From Nemertoderma westbladi (lineage: Eukaryota > Animalia > Xenacoelomorpha), in contig JAUCBJ010005688.1 in the NCBI GenBank assembly GCA_032718475.1, positions 1 to 32,646 on the forward strand: a DNA stretch of 32,646 bases, given 5' to 3'. A model generated the notes under the pieces. The model did no database searches and was not told where the DNA came from. It saw only the letters and a list, made by a program, of their open reading frames with translations. Shown here one piece after another: positions 1-12,196 of this stretch (its first letter is position 1; each line of letters begins with the position of its first letter). The position numbers and the translations under genes are program-made.

Positions 1-87
1 AACTCCCAAGGTTGCATACTATCACTATAGCTGGGAGAGTCAAAGCTAGTGTACACTAGAGTCAGCCTAGAGCTAGGAAAAAGAATA

Positions 88-167
88 ATGCTCTTCTAGG
101 GTTCGAACTCACGACCTTCTAATTAGAAAACTAATCAAATGATCAGCTTGAAGGCCTTAGACCCTTA
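88..167 (-). pseudogene. tRNA-derived (SINE-head-like) fragment
   Basis: Minus strand reads GGTCTAAGGC...AAGGTCGTGAGTTCGAACCC, i.e. a D-arm-like segment and a B-box/T-arm. No complete cloverleaf is visible. Confidence 0.4.
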
Positions 168-876
168 TGAGTCATAGTCTATGCCTCAGTGCCTCAGTGA
201 GGCATAGTTTATGCCTCATTGCCTCAGTGAGGCATAGTCTATGCCTCAGTGAGTCATAGTCTATGCCTCAGTGCCTCAGTGAGGTATAGTCTATGCCTCA
301 GTGAGGCATAGTCTATGCCTCAGTGAGTCAAAGTCTATGCCTCAGTGCCCCAGTGAGGCATAGTTTATGCCTCAGTGAGGCATAGTATATGCCTCAGTGA
401 GGCATAGTCTATGCCTCAGTGAGTCATAGTCTATGCCTCAGTGCCTCAGTGAGGCATAGTCTATGCCTCAGTGAGGCCTAGTCTATGCCTCAGTGAGGCA
501 TAGTCTATGCCTCAGTGCCTCAGTGAGGCATAGTCTATGCCTCAGTGAGTCATAGTCTATGCCTCAGTGCCTCAGTGAGGCATAGTCTATGCCTCAGTGC
601 CTCAGTGAGGCATAGTCTATGCCTCAGTGAGTCATAGTCTATGCCTCAGTGCCTCAGTGAGGCATAGTCTATGCCTCAGTGAGGCATAGTCTATGCCTCA
701 GTGAGGCATAGTCAATGCCTCAGTGAGTCATAGTCGATGCCTCAGTGAGGCATAGTCTATGCCTCAGTGAGGCATAGTCTATGCCTCAGTGAGGCATAGT
801 CTATGCCTCAGTGCCTCAGTGAGGCATAGTCTATGCCTCAGTGAGTCATAGTCTATGCCTCAGTGAGGCATAGTCT
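168..876. repeat. Minisatellite, 22-bp unit GCCTCAGTGAGGCATAGTCTAT with sporadic extra 8-bp GCCTCAGT
   Basis: Directly visible tandem array. The unit is built from two interrupted palindromes (CCTCA-G-TGAGG and CATAG-T-CTATG). Confidence 0.97.
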
Positions 877-939
877 GTGTCAGGTCTTAAATGAGAGTCT
901 TACAATTTCGAACGTCAACGAACAAATTCGACGGTTACT

Positions 940-1013
940 GTTCCACCTTGGTGTAGTGGTTGCATTGAATTCACATCTCCCGTATGTCATGGGTTCGATC
1001 CCTGCATGAACCA
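940..1013 (+). pseudogene. tRNA-like Pol III type-2 promoter segment (tRNA pseudogene or SINE head)
   Basis: A-box TGGTGTAGTGG (949-959), B-box GGTTCGATCCC (992-1002), GTTC...GAAC ends, 74-nt span. Acceptor and anticodon stems pair poorly. Confidence 0.65.
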
Positions 1014-1118
1014 GGGCAGTTTTCGTTCGGTCAGCAATAGGCCTAACGTTGCAAAATGCAGTATTATTGCCTAGTAACCCATTCATGGCTACCATATGGT
1101 TTTCACTTTGAGACATTT

Positions 1119-1790
1119 CGCCCTCTAGCGGCAGGCTGGGGAACTTCAGACTACTCTGTGACTCTGCAAAAAATATAGCCCATATTGTAATAGATACCGA
1201 TTGAGGGGTCAAAATTAAGTAATAATATATCTAAATAAGTCTCAAACATCTTGCCTCATGGCTCGACCCTTAGAACTCTTAAGCAATATAACTTCGTAGT
1301 TTTGCGGATTGTAAATAACAAAGCTAGAGAAGATGTTAATTTTCAAATAATACGCCCTCTAGCGGCAGACAGGGGAACTTCAGACTTCTCTATGACTCCG
1401 CAAAAGATATGGCCTATGCCGTAGTAGATGCCGATTGGGGGGTCAAAATTAAGTAATAATATATCTAAATAAGCCTCAAACATCTTGCCTCATGGCTCGC
1501 CCCTTAGAACTCTTAAGCAATATAACTTCATAGTTTTGCGGATTGTAAATAACAAAGCTAGAGAAAATGTTAATTTTCAAATAATACGCCCTCTAGCGGC
1601 AGACAGGGGAACTTCAGACTACTCTATGACTCCGCAATATTCGACCTACGACTCCGCAACAACTCATATGACCTATGCCGTAGTAGATGCCTACCGAATT
1701 TAAACCTATTCGGAATGAAAATAACAAAGTTAGAGAAGATGTTAATTTTCAGATCATACGCCCTCTAGCGGCAGACTGTGGAACTGCTGA
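1119..1790 (-). promoter_or_regulatory. Four CTCF-like motifs in tandem repeats
   Basis: CGCCCTCTAGCGGCAG at 1119, 1353, 1587 and 1759. The reverse complement CTGCCGCTAGAGGGCG fits the CTCF core and is preceded by TGAAGTTCC or AGCAGTTCC at 5-bp spacing. Confidence 0.55.
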
Positions 1791-2260
1791 TGGCTGGATA
1801 TAGGTAACAGTAATTAGTAATCAGAGGTGTCACGAGAGGGGGGCGGGGCGCTTGGATAAAACTATTATTAATAAGCTGTTGCTTGGTTAAAGCTAATTGG
1901 GGGTCAAAGGTCAACGATAAAGCTGTCTGGATATAGATAAGAGTAATTAGTTACCAGTAAGGGAGCCGTATACCCTATGGCTAAGTATAACGAGATGAAA
2001 GTCAATGAGGTCATTTAGAAACCAATATATAAAACTAATTATTGATAAATCTAAAATTAAGTACAAATAAATAAAGTAAAATAAAATTATTACGCGGTCT
2101 ACCGTTAATATAAAAACTAATTAATCTAAAAATAGAAATCAATGTATAAAGTAAAAGTACAGTAATACAATTAATTAATTTAAAATAAAGTAAAATAAAA
2201 TACAAATAATTAATTAAAATTAAATATAAATAAATAGCTATTAATAAATAAAAGAGCCGC

Positions 2261-2572
2261 GGTGTCACTTATGACACCCTTTGGTCCTCTCGGTGACAGT
2301 TGGACCTCACTGACACCCATTGTGTATCAGGGCGCTAATCAGTCTGATTAATTAGGATAATCAATTAAACCCTAATTAGGAGTCGTAAGACACCTATTAG
2401 GGTTTAATTGTACTAATTAATTGATGCCACCTATCAATTAGGGTCTAATTAGCCTAATTGGGAGGTGTCACCTAGACAGTCTGGCGCCAATGACACCCTA
2501 TGGGTGATAATAGGGTGTCATATGACACCCAATGGGTGTCAGTGAGGTCCAACTGTCACTGAGAGGAGCAAA
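2261..2572. mobile_element. Palindrome-rich non-autonomous (MITE/foldback-like) element, copy 1
   Basis: 43-bp inverted repeats at 2280-2322 and 2530-2572 (2 mismatches), outer hairpin GGTGTCA-CTTA-TGACACC, and an inverted homologue at 24828-25140. Confidence 0.8.
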
Positions 2573-2581
2573 CCCCTACTA

Positions 2582-4919
2582 CTGACCATATTCTGTTTCG
2601 TAGGAAATACAGGAGCTCTATACAAGACTGTAATGCATTTACACTTCGACCCTTCTCCAGTGATCACCGCCTTATTGTGGCCAAGGTAAGACTTAGTCTG
2701 CGTGCTAGCAGAACAACGAAATCTGCCTTGCCGCGGCATGACTGGTCCTCTCTGTTGCAACAGCCAAGTGTGAGATCCAGCTTCACACTAAAGCTGAGCA
2801 ACAGGTATGAGGCTCTTGCCTCTGAGGCGGCAGATCACTGTGAGGGCTATACTGCCTTTACAGAAGCAGTTAAGTTAGCAGCTGCAGAAACAGTTCCTGT
2901 ATACCCTCGAAACAGGAAAAGGGCACCCTGGACTGACAACAAAATTCAGAAGTGCCGAAATGACCTTCATAAGTCGCAGAAAGAGTCCCGACTCAAACAG
3001 ACTACAGCGGCCAAGAATGCAGTTAAGGCTGCATCTAGGTCCCTGAACAGGCAGTACTCTGTTAATCTACAGGAGCTAATAAACCAACAGGTTGATGCCA
3101 TCAATGATGCTGACGACAACAGGCAATCATCCCAGGCATGGAAATCGATCAATTTGCTTACTGGGCGGAAAAGCCAGCCAACCACCAAGGTTAAGGCTGA
3201 ATCACCAGCCGATCGCCTCAATGGTTGGAAAGCCCACTTTGAAAAGCTCCTCAATAATGACAGGGTATTGCCTGATAACTTTATAGAGGTAAAAGTGTCT
3301 GAGTCTGTACTCCCAGATATTCCCATTGGCGATATCTCCTTTGCAGAAGTGAAGGCTGCTGCAAAGAGCATTAAGACCAATCGTGCCGGTGGAGTAGATA
3401 GTGTTCCCCCTGAGGTCTTTAAAATACCTGAGTGTTTAAAGCTCATCTATCCCATCATAGTACACATGTACCGAACAACAAGAGTCCCACAAGAAATGAA
3501 AACAAATAAGTTGGTGCCAGTTCCCAAGAAGGGCAATCTAACACTCTATGGTTCTTTTCGGGGAATCTCATTGATCTCGATTGCTGCAAAGCTATACAAT
3601 AGGATTCTATTAAATCGCATCAGGGATCCCATTGAGAGACTGCTCTGTGGAAATCAGAATGGGTTCCGTAAAGGTCGTGGGACCATGGAGCCCATTTTGG
3701 CACTTAGAAGGATAATTGAAGAATTATCAAAAAAGAAAGACAGGCATCTGGCTGTTATCTTTGTTGACTTCTTCAAGGCCTTTGATTCAGTCTCTCGCTC
3801 ACGTATGTTCAGCATACTTTCATTATATGGGATTCCTGATGAAATTATTGCAGCAATCAGATCAGTATACGATGGTTCGACAACATTTGTGTCTACTGTT
3901 GACGGTGACACAGAACCATTTGAAGTGTTATGGGGCGTCCTCCAAGGAGACACACTTGCACCATTCTTGTTCATTATTGTGGTTGACTATGTTCCACGCA
4001 TGTTCTTAGATCATCATAATGATGATGGGGTGATGATAACTCCACCTACTGGCTCCAGAAGTCGAGGAAATCCTGCCAAGTACCTAACTGATCTAGACTT
4101 TGCTGATGACTTAGGAGTACTCTCAGAATCACTAGAGGGAGCCCAACGGCTCCTCAGCCCATTAGAACATGCTGCTTCTAGTGTTGGTCTTTTTATTAAC
4201 TCCAGAAAGACCAAAATTTTCACAGTTAACTTTGAAAGTCCTCAGCAAGTCTCTGATCGGATGAGCATAAGCTCAAAAGATGGTATGCTTGAGCATGTGG
4301 ATGACTTCTGTTACCTGGGATCATGGATCCGGAAGTCAGGTGAGGACCTTCGAATGCGTAAGGGAAAGGCATGGGCAGCCTTGAATAGGCTTTCCAGGAT
4401 TTGGAAGTCACCGAGAATTAATCGGAAACTCAAGGTCCGGTTATTTAGAGCAGCAGTAGTTCCAGTACTCCTCTATGGAAGTCCATGCTGGGCTCTAACT
4501 GCTGAGGACACCAAATCTCTGGATGGCACATTCACAAGAATGCTACGCCGGGTTCATTGTGTCAAGTTCAATGCAGACATCACCAACCAGACACTATATA
4601 ACATTGGAGGTGTCTCATTGGTTCCCCCAAGCTTGACACTAGAACAAACTCGCCTCCGCTTTGCAGGACATCGCTTTCGCCGTGAGGATCAGCCAGTGCA
4701 TAATCTTGTACTTTGGCAGTCTCATGGAGTGAATAAGCATGGTGGACAGCCCATTACTTTCTTGAGACGCATCTTAAAGGACACTGGCCTTGAAGATGCG
4801 GATGATCTAGCAAATGTCATGGGTGATAGGGAGTTGTGGCGGTGCAATTTTGTCGATAAGCCGGCACAATATTCTTAAAAATGCAGCTGCAATGCAGCAT
4901 GCCGATCCTAGTAGTAGTA
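2582..4919 (+). mobile_element. 5'-truncated non-LTR retrotransposon (RTE-like)
   Basis: The frame begins inside the AP-endonuclease C-terminus (DHILF...SDHRL, in frame upstream of 2677), followed by the full RT, a very short 3' UTR and a (TAG)n tail at 4909-4919. Confidence 0.9.
2677..4878 (+). CDS. LINE reverse transcriptase ORF (endonuclease mostly lost to 5' truncation; the GTG start is not the natural start)
   Basis: RT motifs VPKKG..FRGISL, QNGFRKGR, FVDFFKAFDSV, GVLQGDTLAPFLF, DLDFADDL and FCYLGS in 733 aa without stops. Confidence 0.92.
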   Translation: MAKVRLSLRASRTTKSALPRHDWSSLLQQPSVRSSFTLKLSNRYEALASEAADHCEGYTAFTEAVKLAAAETVPVYPRNRKRAPWTDNKIQKCRNDLHKSQKESRLKQTTAAKNAVKAASRSLNRQYSVNLQELINQQVDAINDADDNRQSSQAWKSINLLTGRKSQPTTKVKAESPADRLNGWKAHFEKLLNNDRVLPDNFIEVKVSESVLPDIPIGDISFAEVKAAAKSIKTNRAGGVDSVPPEVFKIPECLKLIYPIIVHMYRTTRVPQEMKTNKLVPVPKKGNLTLYGSFRGISLISIAAKLYNRILLNRIRDPIERLLCGNQNGFRKGRGTMEPILALRRIIEELSKKKDRHLAVIFVDFFKAFDSVSRSRMFSILSLYGIPDEIIAAIRSVYDGSTTFVSTVDGDTEPFEVLWGVLQGDTLAPFLFIIVVDYVPRMFLDHHNDDGVMITPPTGSRSRGNPAKYLTDLDFADDLGVLSESLEGAQRLLSPLEHAASSVGLFINSRKTKIFTVNFESPQQVSDRMSISSKDGMLEHVDDFCYLGSWIRKSGEDLRMRKGKAWAALNRLSRIWKSPRINRKLKVRLFRAAVVPVLLYGSPCWALTAEDTKSLDGTFTRMLRRVHCVKFNADITNQTLYNIGGVSLVPPSLTLEQTRLRFAGHRFRREDQPVHNLVLWQSHGVNKHGGQPITFLRRILKDTGLEDADDLANVMGDRELWRCNFVDKPAQYS

Positions 4920-5646
4920 CCAGCCCCTACATGGCATTATTATTAACCTATAAAATATTTGAACGGCCCAGTGCTTAAAATTCAATCAGCTGGCCTCCCA
5001 CATAACATAGCAGTGAGTACCCTTATTCCTCATAGATATTCCCATAGGGTTCACTAGGAAGAGCTATTAAGCTGGCGGGGTAATACACAAACTAATAACA
5101 GTTGATGTTTGCTTACTGCAGTGAGAGAGTAATAAACTTGGTAAGTAATATACTTCCCTGCAGTTTGGGTCTATCCATTCAATCAATAGTAGTAGCTTAC
5201 TAGGCCCTCATGAGCACCAGTGTTTCTATCATTCAGTCTATGGCAATTTTTGTGTTATAGGGCTATTTTTCGTAATAAAAAAAAGACACTTTAATAATTT
5301 TTTCAAAACTTTTTTTCCATATCCTGGGGTTGAGCTGCTTCGATTGATATAACTTTCATTGACGGACGAGCTATAGCTTCGGAGGAGTTCACCCGATATG
5401 CATAGATACATACAAACATAGATAGATAGATTTACGTCACATCCAAAGAGCCACTTGTTGATATGAAATGGCTTAATGGATGATCAGAAAGATGTTTCCA
5501 TAGTGGCTTTATAGGTGATAAGTGGCCTTCTGGATGTTTGGCTTTTGGATGATTTTATGGCTTAACGGATGATTTGGCCTTATTCGAATACTACAGTAAA
5601 TTATATTGAAATTGTTTGTAATGGAACTTTCTGGGTCATCCAAATA

Positions 5647-6040
5647 GGGTAGGGTTCAATCTTCACCCGGGTCCAATCTTAGCCCGCGTTCAACCTTCGC
5701 CCGGGGGAAACCTTCGCCAGCATACAACCTTCGCCCAATTAGTAACCATTTTAGTTATCAATTTAGGGAAAGGAGCAGGTTAGACGGCTTTTTCTAACCA
5801 AAACAATAAATGATGTTGTTACCAATTGAGGGAAAGGAGCAGGTTACAGATGCGGCTTTTTCTAACCAAAACAATAATTGTTCATATTGGGCGAAGGTCA
5901 CTCGCGGGCGAAGATTGCCTGCAGACGACGACGTGAAGTATCCGCGGGCGATAGTTACTAAATTTGACGGCAAAGATTGCTCCGGGCGAAGATTGGGCGC
6001 GGGCGAAGCTTTCTTGCGGGCGAAGTTTGATGCGTAGCCC
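5647..6040. mobile_element. MITE with GGG...CCC ends and arrays of subterminal CTTCGCCC/GGGCGAAG repeats
   Basis: AAATA flanks both sides (5642-5646, 6041-6045). About five motifs at each end lie in opposite orientation, and the core holds two copies of the 68-bp satellite unit. Confidence 0.8.
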
Positions 6041-6324
6041 AAATAGCCTACACAAAAGAAGAAGGAGTGCCTCTATTCTATTGAAGAATTAAATGCTGAA
6101 TTCAAATCCGAAAACCGCGTAAGTACAAGTAGTGGTAATCCTTCCTAGAGGTGGGCCTACTGTATCTACATATGAAACAACATTCGGTGCGGGGGCGAGA
6201 CATCAAACGGAGACCATTATCCATTGAGATACTACAATCGTGTGCAGCTGATGAAGGACTGTACCTTACCTCCTTCACTCTTATACACTAACCCTGGTTG
6301 TACACACATAAGATCTCGGCGGCC

Positions 6325-6483
6325 AGGGTTCGCATATGACCCTCCTTGACACTTCCCAAGTTCAATATGACCCTATCTGACTCCTCCCAGGTTCAATATG
6401 ACCTTCCCTGACGGTGATAGCTCTGTATTGAATTGTTATAGCTCGGTATAGGTCGCTATAGCTCTGTATTGTATTGTTATAGC
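6325..6483. repeat. Two short degenerate tandem repeats (~30 bp x3, ~20 bp x3-4)
   Basis: GTTC-ATATGACC recurs three times, then TATAGCTC-GTAT recurs. Confidence 0.6.
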
Positions 6484-7193
6484 TTAGACTTTAGACATTA
6501 GACTAAACTTGATACACATGTATTCTGTCAAAAGTTTACAAAGGTAGAGATTGGTTGTGGTTGTTGCACATCTGGATAATTTGAAAGCTAGCCTACTTGA
6601 GTAATAATTTACTTCAATTTCAACCAAATTTAATTAAGGGGGCTGCCCTAGTTATGTACGCAATGTCTCTCGTGTGTATAGTATTGATGACAAGTTACTG
6701 CATATAAACAAACACGAAGTGGGGCCTTCGCGCAGCACGTGACTTAAATTTAATTTAAGTACTAATTCGAAAGTATTACTGTATTAGCAAATTTTAAGCA
6801 GATTTCGCCTAATCACTTTTTACCTCTTTCATTTCTATTCAGACATTTCTGACTCTAGCGGTATAGTGAGAACTGAAGATGGATTAGGGTCTCCAGCCCC
6901 ACAAAGACACAGCCTATGGATGAATAGTACATACGTACATCGGCCAAGTTTCATCTTGAATAACGGATAACGAAATGAGAGACGGATCTCACTTTCAGAA
7001 ATTTCGTCGTATAGCGGCAGACCGATTAAATCTCCCCCCCCCCCCCCCCCACAAAGACGCAGCATGTGGTCCAGAATATATGGCAAGATTCAGCTTAAAC
7101 TGATTAAAATCAATGAGACGGGAGAATCTATTCACTTTCAGGCATAAAGTAGTCCTATAGCGGGTGACTGTTGAACTGATTTTCAACAAAACA

Positions 7194-8196
7194 AATTTTC
7201 AACTTGGCAGCTTTAAATTCGACAAAGTTATAAGCATGTCAATATCATAACGACGACAACGATTTCACTTTCAGACATTTGGCCCTCTAGCGGCAGACTG
7301 GAGAACTGCAGATGGATTCGCCTCCTTTGAAAGTCACAGCTAATGGTCTAATACATATCTGCCAAGTTTCAGCTTAAACGGATTAAAAGCAAAGAAATGG
7401 GAGGGCATTTAATGTTTAGACATGTGGCCCTCTAGCGGGAGACCATTGCACTGATGGTGTCTGAAAGTCTCTCAAAAATCTCAACTTTAGCTCATATTGA
7501 TACCTAGAAATTTTCAACTTGGCAGCTTTAAATCCGACAAAGTTATTAGCATGTCAAAATCGTAACGACGACAACGATTTCACTTTCAGACCTTTGGCCC
7601 TCTAGCGGCAGACTGGAGAACTGCAGATGGATTCGCCTCCTTTGAAAGTCACAGCTAATGGTCTAATACATATCTGCCAAGTTTCAGCTTAAACGGATTA
7701 AAAGCAAAGAAATGGGAGGGCATTTAATGTTTAGACATGTGGCCCTCTAGCGGGAGACCATTGCACTGATGGTGTCTGAAAGTCTCTCAAAAATCTCAAC
7801 TTTTGCTCATATTGATACCTACAAATTTTCAACTTGGCAGCTTTAAATCCGACAAAGTTATTAGCATGTCAAAATCGTAACGACGACAACGATTTCACTT
7901 TCAGACCTTTGGCCCTCTAGCGGCAGACTGGAGAACTGCAGATGGATTCGCCTCCTTTGAAAGTCACAGCTAATGGTCTAATACATATCTGCCAAGTTTC
8001 AGCTTAAACGGATTAAAAGCAAAGAAATGGGAGGGCATTTAATGTTTAGACATGTGGCCCTCTAGCGGGAGACCATTGCACTGATGGTGTCTGAAAGTCT
8101 CTCAAAAATCTCAACTTTTGCTCATATTGATACCTACAAATTTTCAACTTGGCAGCTTTAAATCCGACAAAGTTATTAGCATGTCAAAATCGTAAC
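7194..8196. repeat. 315-bp tandem repeat, ~3.2 nearly identical copies, each with two CTCF-like motifs
   Basis: GGCCCTCTAGCGG occurs at 7281/7596/7911 and 7426/7741/8056 (exact 315 period). More diverged units lie at 6830-7190. Confidence 0.95.
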
Positions 8197-9276
<1,080 letters not shown>

Positions 9277-10594
9277 AACTATTTGCATAAATTGACCCAC
9301 CCCCTAACAGTATCAATTCGCTAAGGCTCCGCCAACTTCGTGGCTCGCCCCACATATGGCTAATTCATCTGCGCCGAACATTATTGTTAAGATGTCAGAG
9401 AACTGCAATGCTTGATTGCTAATTTTGTTTTTAGAAAATGATTAAAATGTAAAGACCCTTACGCCGGGTCCTCAGCGCAAAAGATTTACAATAGTCCAAG
9501 AAGCTAGTAAAGAATTTCACTATTTTTTATTTTATATATTTTTAGAAAAACAAAGCAGTTTGTAAAAAATATAAGTTTTATCTTCAAAATATATTGTAAA
9601 CTAACATTCGTTTTAAAAAAAATAATCTAGAACTATTTTGGATTTTCCTATATTGCACTGATTCTCTGTGTTGCTGTGTACCCTAAGAGGAACATAAAAG
9701 TGGGAGAAAACGATTTTCAAAATAATTCGGTATCCATTCTATATTTTAAAGAAAATTAGCCTTTCTAAATAATGCAAATTTTAAATAATTGCCTTTTTGC
9801 CTGTTTTTAACCGAAGATTTTCAGAAGCCCAAAAAGCCACTGCGGCCAAATTTTGACATAATATTTAAAAAAAAATGGTTAAATTTCATTGGAAAGTGAT
9901 GAAATTTTCGAAATCAGGGTCATAAACTTTACAACACTGAACAAATCCAAAAGTTCAGGATTATTATTTAAAATATAAAATTTTCCAACTTTTAACTTTT
10001 CAACATTTCTATGTAGAAATTGCTTTGTCATCCGTTATAGTACACATTATGTACTACTGCATAGTTATGTTGCCCCATCTTTGATCTATCATATTAAAAA
10101 ACTTTCATGTGATTATATTCAAAACTGTAAAAGCCTTAGGGTTTTAAGCGCAACCAAGTTTTTTTTATTGTTAACTAGTATTAACTAATATTACATAGCG
10201 AAAAATAAAAAAATAATCCAAATTATAGCCAAAACCAAACAATTTTGAAACGCTGAGAGTGATAAATCGAAGAGTTGACTTGGCCGAAAATGCTGTACCC
10301 CCCCCCCCCCCCCCCCCTCCTTTAATAATTTAAAGGCCCGTTCACATCCAACGGAACGGTACACCGCGCGGTGTACCACAGGCCCAGCGGTATACCGCTG
10401 AGTGTGAACGACCCTGCGGTATTCGAGCGGTGACTGTGCGGTAAATGATTTTGATTACCGCTGACATGACATGAACGACCCAACAGGTAGTTGTGCGGTA
10501 CACCGCGCGGTTTACCGCAGCCCATTGAAATAATGTTAATAAAATTATTGTCTAGACTGTTGAATTAACTGTGAACAGAGATAGACGACAATTT

Positions 10595-10702
10595 CCCGCA
10601 ACGGTACCGCTGCGTTACCGCTGCGGTTCCGCTGCGTTACCGCTGCGGTTCCGCTGCGTTACCGCTGCGGTTCCGCTGCGGTTACCGCGCGGTTTACCGC
10701 TG
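10595..10702. repeat. Harbinger left subterminal 11-bp palindromic repeats (CCGCTGCGGTT/CCGCTGCGTTA)
   Basis: Visible tandem array; related motifs also occur at 10355-10520. Confidence 0.85.
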
Positions 10703-11617
10703 GATTTAGAAATATGTTCAAATTACAGATTTACCGCACAGCTTATTCTATGGGGAAGTAAACCCACTCTCATGTGACTATTATTATTATTATTATTGTC
10801 GTTTAAATAATTCGGCGGGGAATTCAATTGCAGTAATACTACCGATTCTCTCGTATTCCCTTCATTCAGGGGCGGTTCTAGGATTTTGCTTGGGGGCCGG
10901 GGGTGGGGGGGGGGGGGGGGGGGAATATTTAATTTGCTGAGGTCAATTTTTTGGACTTGTAAATGGCTCCACGCAAGCAGTGGAGTCTAATCTGGACAAT
11001 TTTATAAACGCCAGCTTTAAATCGTTCAAAAAAAAACATTCCCAACAACAACTTTGTCTAAACCCGTCTACTCTAATTATCTAATTATTTAGTTAATGGA
11101 AGGGTCGCAGCCGTCAGCTGGTGGTAATCCATATCGTTCCAAAGATGTGGAGAGTGGAGGAGATACGTGACGTGTGTGGCACTCCTTTCCATTAATTTGT
11201 AATGATATCGTTTATTGTTTTGGTTAGTTAGGTTTCGGTATGGAGATGGTGTTCTGCGCAATAAAATAATTAACTTAAATTTAATTATTTATGAGGCAAT
11301 AAATATACTTTAGTATTTTTAGCCGCACAAACTTTCATAACATGTGTGGTAGTGGAAAATAAGTAATTAAATGACAGACTGAGTTTAATTTGACTTAAAT
11401 GCAATGGGCATTTAAGTTTGGATTTTTGTAATTTGTATTTTTAACCCTGTTGAAAATTATTAATTCAGACTATTTGAATTGCAAAATTATATTACAGTAT
11501 ATTAAGAAATTTACTGCTTAAATTTACTTGCACATGCCTTAAACCACAAAGCCACTGAACTTACCAATGGAGATATTTCCAGTGACCATACCATGGACCA
11601 ATTGCAGGAGACATCTA

Positions 11618-12196
11618 TGTAAAAGCTTTTGCGGATGTAACAAGCTATTTTTCTCCGCAATATACCGAGTAGGTATTTTAGCGGACATAACAAGCGATTT
11701 TGCCCGCTATGTCTGCATGTGTGCTTTAGCGGACATAAAAAGCCATTTTTCTCAGCAATAAGCTCAAATACTCTAAACATCGGAACTCAGATGACGACAT
11801 CTATCAGCTGTGTCCACGTGTAACTTTTTCTTTGTTCTTTGTTCGTTCTTTGTTCGGTCGACCAATCAGAGCGGTTTTCACTCTGTGTTGGACATTGTAT
11901 ACAGAAACTCACGCAATTCAGTCAGTGTGTAGTTTTCCTGATGCCAGAACACTGGCTTTGGAATTTCTGTGTTTCAGGCTTTAGCAAAACATTAGTAGGC
12001 TTTGATCATAGAAATGTATAACTGTTATCAAACCACAAACCAAACTGGCAAATCAGCCTGTCATATCTCATCCAAACACCGCATTATTTTACTGCTATTT
12101 ACTGTCGGTTATTATTGTATCAGTTGATGGAATATTGTTATATTTGGATAATATCGATAAATAATCAGAAAACCCCAATCTTCTTGATATACTGAA
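11618..12196 (+). repeat. 5' LTR (last ~20 bp missing)
   Basis: Matches 21181-21759 with about 5 substitutions counted by eye in 579 bp. Confidence 0.95.

Larger units (their letters stand above)
921..1984 (+). mobile_element. Helentron/DINE-1-like non-autonomous element with internal 234-bp tandem repeats
   Basis: Starts AACAAA. Short subterminal IR ACGGTTACTG (931-940) matches CAGTAA-gggag-CCGT (1955-1969). Terminal hairpin AGCCGTA/TATGGCT (1964-1982). Internal repeats recur at 1119, 1353, 1587 and partly 1759. Same layout as 6707-9350. Confidence 0.5.

Noticed and set aside
168-876. CRISPR-like appearance of palindromic repeats
   Set aside because: No unique spacers, no cas genes, and a eukaryotic TE context.
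2035-2268. Hydrophobic 77-aa minus-strand ORF
   Set aside because: Translation of a low-complexity AT-rich tract.
2967-4411. Antisense and alternate-frame ORFs over the LINE RT
   Set aside because: Shadows of the real ORF with no recognisable motifs.
9350-10330. AT-rich segment ending in a C-run, possibly another DNA transposon
   Set aside because: No matching terminal inverted repeat or TSD found.
11511-12021. Duplicated small ORFs also found at 21149-21584
   Set aside because: They are duplicated only because they lie within the LTRs.
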